UHGV virus genome: UHGV-0080127
Origin: a virus
DNA length: 22,115 bases
Reading direction: 5' to 3' (one strand)
This document shows, piece after piece, positions 18,210-22,115 of this stretch. A program made the translations under genes and the position numbers. Numbering within the stretch: position 1 is the first letter of the stretch; the number at the start of each line of letters is the position of its first letter. The notes under the pieces are model-generated. The model saw only the letters and a program-made list of their open reading frames with translations, did not search any database and was not told the DNA's origin.

Positions 18210-18433
18210 ACAGCACCTCCGTTGTAATGTTTGCCTTTCAACTCTGCGATTTCCTGGCAGGTAATGCAAAGCTGCACTCCAGGAATGGCACGGCGGCGTG
18301 CTGGCGGAATTGGCGCTTCACACTCAACGCAAAGCACGCGGGACACGCCCGGCGTTTTGGCACGGGCAGCACGGATATGGCGTTGGCGTTCTTCTTCAAC
18401 GCGCTGCTGTACGAGATCCATTGCATCAGCCAT
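18206..18433 (-). CDS. TraR/DksA-family C4 zinc-finger protein
   Basis: 75 aa with CVEC...CITC four-cysteine motif; ATG at 18433 overlaps the upstream stop. Confidence 0.7.
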   Translation of the reverse strand: MADAMDLVQQRVEEERQRHIRAARAKTPGVSRVLCVECEAPIPPARRRAIPGVQLCITCQEIAELKGKHYNGGAV

Positions 18434-18666
18434 CAGTGGATCTCCTGCGCTTCGTTCTGGATTGCTTCAGCAGTCACACGCAGCAGTTCTGCCGCTTCGA
18501 CGTGGTTTAGCTGGCGGGAGGTGATATGACACGCCAGGCTATCGAGGCGAGCAGCCATTGCTTCAGCCCTTGCCCGGCGTTCTTCCAGACGAGCCTCTGT
18601 CAGTAAAAGATTAAGACCTGCATCATCCGGTCCGGTTTTGGTCGTGAGGGTTTCAATATTACGCAT
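18433..18666 (-). CDS. Hypothetical early protein (about 77 aa)
   Basis: ATG at 18666 with AGGAGA RBS (ORF-track start 18672 is TTG); no family recognised. Confidence 0.45.
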   Translation of the reverse strand: MRNIETLTTKTGPDDAGLNLLLTEARLEERRARAEAMAARLDSLACHITSRQLNHVEAAELLRVTAEAIQNEAQEIH

Positions 18667-18733
18667 AAGCAATTCTCCTGAATTTAGATAAAGGGATGCC
18701 CGGCGGGTTTACGCCATTAATTTCATTAGTTGG

Positions 18734-19075
18734 TTAATTCGGCATGGTTAGCCGTCTGGGAAATAAGCTCACCACTGCACGAAAATGATTCATTGCTTTA
18801 ATCAACTCCCGCTTTTCGTCAGTGGTCAGCTCATTAATGCTGATGCTATGACGTTCAGCTGGAATTTTTGCCATAAAGAATATGGCAGCCAGTGCCCGTT
18901 TATTTTGTTCATTATTGATATCCCGTGGATCACGCATATCTTTAATAAACCGCTCAAGCTCTGACTCAATATTCAAACCAAAAACTTTCGCCCTTAACTC
19001 CGCAATATGATTAAGTCCATTCAGGCGTTCACCGGGTCTTAATGGAACAGTCGCCGCAGCGCCTTCAATAGCCAT
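18734..19075 (-). CDS. Hypothetical early protein (113 aa)
   Basis: ATG at 19075 with a GGGGGA-type RBS; in the early rightward-operon position; no family recognised. Confidence 0.45.
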   Translation of the reverse strand: MAIEGAAATVPLRPGERLNGLNHIAELRAKVFGLNIESELERFIKDMRDPRDINNEQNKRALAAIFFMAKIPAERHSISINELTTDEKRELIKAMNHFRAVVSLFPRRLTMPN

Positions 19076-19239
19076 TTGTTCCCCCGTTTTTTCGTAGATA
19101 GTTCTGCCAGCAATTCATCTTGTGAACGGCACGGATGCCAGCGTTTTCCATCCTCACCCATGATCCAGCCGTGACCGTAGTGCATTGCCGGGCTTTGCTT
19201 TACCAGCAGCGATGCAAATGATGGTTCTTTCGTCAGCAT
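19039..19239 (-). CDS. Hypothetical small early protein (about 66 aa)
   Basis: In-frame ATG at 19239 (MLTKEP...) with GAGGTG RBS, just after the cII stop; positional analogue of 186 fil, not verified by sequence. Confidence 0.4.
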   Translation of the reverse strand: MLTKEPSFASLLVKQSPAMHYGHGWIMGEDGKRWHPCRSQDELLAELSTKKRGNKWLLKALRRLFH

Positions 19240-19246
19240 AAGCACC

Positions 19247-19756
19247 TCACAGCAAACCGAATGAAGCACCGAGGCCAGTCACGGTATCAACTGCACTCGC
19301 CATCGCAGGGTTAGCCTGTAAACGGGCCTGCAATGAAACAGCAGCCAACGCCATCAGTCGTGTTACAGAGTTAATGCTGCTGATAGCATCACGACGACCT
19401 GCACTGGTTTTTACATCGCCAGATACCGCACCTGCAGCAACACGCCCGATCTCTGCGGTTGCACTCATGACGTAATGTGGCAGTTTCTCTTTTGCCACCT
19501 CATTAATCGGTACGCATGGCAGGCAGTGAATCTGAGCCAGAAAACCATCTACCAGCGTTGAATCTTCAGTCAGATCGGTAAGCAGCCAGATTTCTGGTGC
19601 GGTTAATAAATGAGGTTGCGCTGGGTTCAACTTGTTCCGCAGAATCTGCACATTCATGCCAGCACGTTCTGCCAGTTGCACCAGGTTGTGGCGCAATGCG
19701 AATGCACGACAGGCTTCATCAAAATGTGGATGTTTGGAAACTTGGTAATCAAACAT
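19247..19756 (-). CDS. cII: CII-like lysogeny-establishment transcriptional activator (186 type)
   Basis: From the ATG at 19756 the protein (169 aa) reads [24 protein letters not shown]...[21 protein letters not shown], closely matching my recollection of phage 186 CII. Confidence 0.8.
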   Translation of the reverse strand: MFDYQVSKHPHFDEACRAFALRHNLVQLAERAGMNVQILRNKLNPAQPHLLTAPEIWLLTDLTEDSTLVDGFLAQIHCLPCVPINEVAKEKLPHYVMSATAEIGRVAAGAVSGDVKTSAGRRDAISSINSVTRLMALAAVSLQARLQANPAMASAVDTVTGLGASFGLL

Positions 19757-19788
19757 GGTCAATGCCTCTGATGTATTTCAGAATCGAA

Positions 19789-20010
19789 CTAATTAAGGTT
19801 TAGATTGCATTCTGAAAGCGCATCAACGGTCATTGCTGCTATGTTGATCATCACTTTTTCGCGTTTTTTATCTTTGCGCAGACGGTGACGGATAAGGCGT
19901 CCATCAGCCAACATGTCATTGATGGTATCGATGGATAGCCCTGTCAGCTCGCTATAGCGTTCAATAGTCACATGAGGGGTGGTAAGAGTGATTGAAATGT
20001 TAGGTCTCAT
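19789..20010 (-). CDS. apl: Apl/Cox-type excisionase and transcriptional regulator
   Basis: 73-aa ORF, first gene of the leftward lytic operon, with a helix-turn-helix-like segment ([21 protein letters not shown]). Confidence 0.65.
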   Translation of the reverse strand: MRPNISITLTTPHVTIERYSELTGLSIDTINDMLADGRLIRHRLRKDKKREKVMINIAAMTVDALSECNLNLN

Positions 20011-20135
20011 GATGCAACATTCCTCGTTTAATGATGATTAATCAGGACGAATACGGATCGTTTGTATTTTGTGAACACCATAAACATACGATCGCACAGT
20101 GAAATCGTCAAGATAAAAGTTCACTTGGAGTGACC
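20011..20135. promoter_or_regulatory. Lysis-lysogeny switch region (divergent promoters and candidate CI operators)
   Basis: 125-bp gap between divergent apl and cI; contains the inverted repeat GTGAAC (20071-20076) / GTTCAC (20119-20124) and two GATC sites. Confidence 0.45.
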
Positions 20136-20705
20136 ATGAATTTGGAGAAAGGCGGACGAGGCGCTATAGAGCGCATGGTAGAAGCTTATGGATTCAAGAC
20201 TCGACAGGCGTTGTGCGATCATTTAGGAATCTCTAAAAGTACACTCGCCACACGCTACATGCGTGACTCATTCCCAGCAGAATGGGTAATCCAGTGCGCC
20301 CTTGAAACAGGCAGCTCGCTTAATTGGCTCACAACCGGGCATGGTTCAAAGCAAACTTCAGGTAATACAAATACTATGGAAGTTGCTAAATATGTATTAT
20401 CTGATGGGGCCTTGTGTGAAGACGGTTTTTATATTTTCGATAGAGAATTTCTACCGTCGGCATTCAAGAATCTTTTTGTAATCACAGATAATAATTCTGA
20501 ATTTATTTGTGATAAGGAATTTGATGATATACGTGATGGTAAATGGGTAATAAGTATTGATGGCGAAATAACGATCCGTGACATTACTCGTTTACCCGGT
20601 GGAAGAATCTTCGTCGAGGGTGGAAACAGAGCCTTCGAGTGCAAGATAGAAGATGTTGAAATAATTGGGAAAATTATAAGTTTAACAATTAGGTACGTTA
20701 GGTAA
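20136..20705 (+). CDS. cI: CI immunity repressor (186 type)
   Basis: ATG at 20136 with GGAG RBS (ORF-track start 20130 is GTG); conserved block CALETGSSLNWLTTGHG resembles 186 CI (CALETGANLQWLLTGEG), as does the C-terminal ...ISIRDITRLPGG. Confidence 0.8.
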   Translation: MNLEKGGRGAIERMVEAYGFKTRQALCDHLGISKSTLATRYMRDSFPAEWVIQCALETGSSLNWLTTGHGSKQTSGNTNTMEVAKYVLSDGALCEDGFYIFDREFLPSAFKNLFVITDNNSEFICDKEFDDIRDGKWVISIDGEITIRDITRLPGGRIFVEGGNRAFECKIEDVEIIGKIISLTIRYVR

Positions 20706-20720
20706 TACCGGGAGGAAACT

Positions 20721-20912
20721 ATGCTTGGTAAGGTATTTTTTGTGGTTTTATCATGCTCTTTGTTATTAAACCCACTAACTACCTATGCTAAAAATTATCC
20801 TTGTTCTGGGAAAAAGGGAGGTGTCTCTCACTGTACCTCCGATGGAAAGTTCGTTTGCAATGATGGAACTATTAGTAAATCAAAAAAAATCTGTACTAAA
20901 AACTCGCGATAA
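20721..20912 (+). CDS. Small secreted cysteine-rich lysine-rich peptide (63-aa precursor)
   Basis: ATG at 20721 with strong GGGAGGAAACT RBS; predicted signal peptide [23 protein letters not shown], then a roughly 40-aa basic region with four Cys; co-directional with cI and int. Confidence 0.55.
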   Translation: MLGKVFFVVLSCSLLLNPLTTYAKNYPCSGKKGGVSHCTSDGKFVCNDGTISKSKKICTKNSR

Positions 20913-21045
20913 ATTTTGCTTTTATATCTGCGCCTAATATAACAATGAGCCGCAGGCTAACCGCAAAAGTCATATACTCACATAGCAAAAAATAGCTAAC
21001 TTCATTATGGCTTCAGTGAGATGTATGGTCGCAGGATTTCATACA

Positions 21046-21074
21046 TTGACACTGGTTATACATACAGTAAAAAT
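21046..21074 (+). promoter_or_regulatory. Candidate promoter upstream of int (TTGACA -35 plus an A-rich -10-like region)
   Basis: Perfect TTGACA at 21046-21051 followed 16-17 bp later by TAAAAA/AAAAAT, about 30 bp upstream of the int ATG. Confidence 0.3.
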
Positions 21075-21098
21075 GCTCTCTACTGGAGGGCATTTTTT

Positions 21099-22115
21099 AT
21101 GGCAGTACGAAAACTCACCACAGGAAAATGGCTTTGCGAATGTTACCCCGCCGGACGTAGTGGACGTCGTGTGCGTAAACAATTCGCCACCAAAGGCGAA
21201 GCTCTGGCTTTTGAGCGTCACACGATGGAAGAAACCGAAGCAAAGCCCTGGCTGGGCGAATCAGTGGATCGTCGGACATTGAAAGACGTGATTGAGCTAT
21301 GGTTCAAACTACATGGTAAATCTCTGACAGCTGGGCAGCATGTCTATGACAAACTGCTGTTGATGGTTGACGCTCTGGGCAATCCCCTTGCAACTGATCT
21401 AACCTCTAAAATGTTTGCCCACTATCGAGATAAACGCCTGACAGGTGAGATCTACTTCAGCGAGAAATGGAAGAAAGGAGCAAGCCCGGTCACCATTAAC
21501 CTGGAGCAAAGCTATCTAAGTAGTGTTTTTAGCGAACTATCCCGCCTGGGCGAATGGTCGTATCCGAACCCACTGGAGAACATGCGAAAATTCACCATCG
21601 CAGAAAAAGAGATGGCATGGCTTACCCATGAGCAGATTGTTGAACTGCTGGCTGATTGCAAACGTCAGGACCCAATTCTGGCACTGGTAGTCAAGATATG
21701 CCTAAGCACAGGCGCACGCTGGCGAGAAGCAATAAATCTTACCCGCTCGCAAGTGACCAAATACCGAATTACCTTTGTAAGAACGAAGGGGAAGAAAAAC
21801 AGAAGCATCCCTATCAGTAAAGAGCTTTACGAAGAGATCATGGCGCTTGATGGGTTCAATTTCTTTACAGACTGCTATTTTCAATTTTTATCCGTGATGG
21901 AAAAAACGTCTATCGTGCTCCCTCGCGGTCAACTGACACACGTTCTGCGCCATACGTTTGCGGCGCACTTCATGATGTCGGGTGGAAATATCCTTGCTTT
22001 GCAAAAAATCCTCGGACATCACGATATAAAAATGACTATGCGCTATGCCCATTTAGCACCCGATCATCTTGAGACGGCTCTGAGATTCAACCCCCTCGCA
22101 ACGCTAGAAGTGTGA
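21099..22115 (+). CDS. int: Tyrosine recombinase / integrase (P2/186 Int family)
   Basis: ATG at 21099 with GGAGGG RBS (the ORF-track upstream extension is unlikely); C-terminal catalytic residues in ...HVLRHTFA...MRYAHLAPDH...; stop at the window end. Confidence 0.9.
   Translation: MAVRKLTTGKWLCECYPAGRSGRRVRKQFATKGEALAFERHTMEETEAKPWLGESVDRRTLKDVIELWFKLHGKSLTAGQHVYDKLLLMVDALGNPLATDLTSKMFAHYRDKRLTGEIYFSEKWKKGASPVTINLEQSYLSSVFSELSRLGEWSYPNPLENMRKFTIAEKEMAWLTHEQIVELLADCKRQDPILALVVKICLSTGARWREAINLTRSQVTKYRITFVRTKGKKNRSIPISKELYEEIMALDGFNFFTDCYFQFLSVMEKTSIVLPRGQLTHVLRHTFAAHFMMSGGNILALQKILGHHDIKMTMRYAHLAPDHLETALRFNPLATLEV

Larger units (their letters stand above)
1..22115. mobile_element. P2/186-family temperate prophage (partial: tail fiber through integrase)
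   Basis: Collinear set of P2-like structural genes (H,I,J,W,V,S,R,lysis,X,L,M,N,O,P,Q), A-type replication protein, 186-like CII/Apl/CI and a tyrosine integrase; gene order and strand pattern match a reverse-complemented P2/186 prophage. Confidence 0.9.

Noticed and set aside
21021-21098. N-terminal extension of the integrase ORF (MYGRRISY...)
   Set aside because: The extension overlaps the candidate promoter and lacks an RBS; the ATG at 21099 is preceded by GGAGGG.
1-22115. CRISPR arrays, tRNA genes or an att core
   Set aside because: No regularly spaced direct repeats or tRNA-like structures noticed; the window ends at the int stop codon so the attachment site is expected outside it.

Overview
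The whole window is one contiguous piece of a P2/186-family temperate prophage of an enterobacterium, read in reverse orientation relative to the usual P2 map. From left to right it contains: the tail fiber gene (N-terminal part, cut by the window edge), baseplate genes I/J/W/V, tail completion genes S/R, a lysis cassette (spanins LysB/LysC, LysA, an endolysin with an N-terminal signal anchor, holin), X, L, terminase small subunit M, major capsid N, scaffold O (all minus strand), then terminase large subunit P and portal Q (plus strand), a cos-like sequence, an AT-rich accessory region, replication protein A, a Dam methyltransferase, a TraR/DksA-like zinc finger, small early ORFs, 186-type CII, Apl, the switch region, CI repressor, a small secreted peptide, and the tyrosine integrase. 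Identifications rest on reading the translated ORFs against what I recall of the P2 and 186 protein families; no database search was run. The most interesting part is the AT-rich accessory region around cos (about 12430-14850), which sits where P2 carries orf91-tin-old. It holds (i) a LexA-box-controlled operon with a DinI-family gene, like the 186 SOS/tum operon, (ii) a self-contained two-gene operon encoding a 66-aa soluble protein and a 260-aa multi-pass membrane protein, and (iii) a second two-gene cassette between cos and the portal gene. Cassettes (ii) and (iii) are the best candidates for an undescribed phage-defence or superinfection-exclusion module, but this is inference from context, not from homology. 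Several ORF-track starts use GTG/TTG, so I re-set them to in-frame ATG (or GTG) codons with a visible ribosome-binding site where noted.
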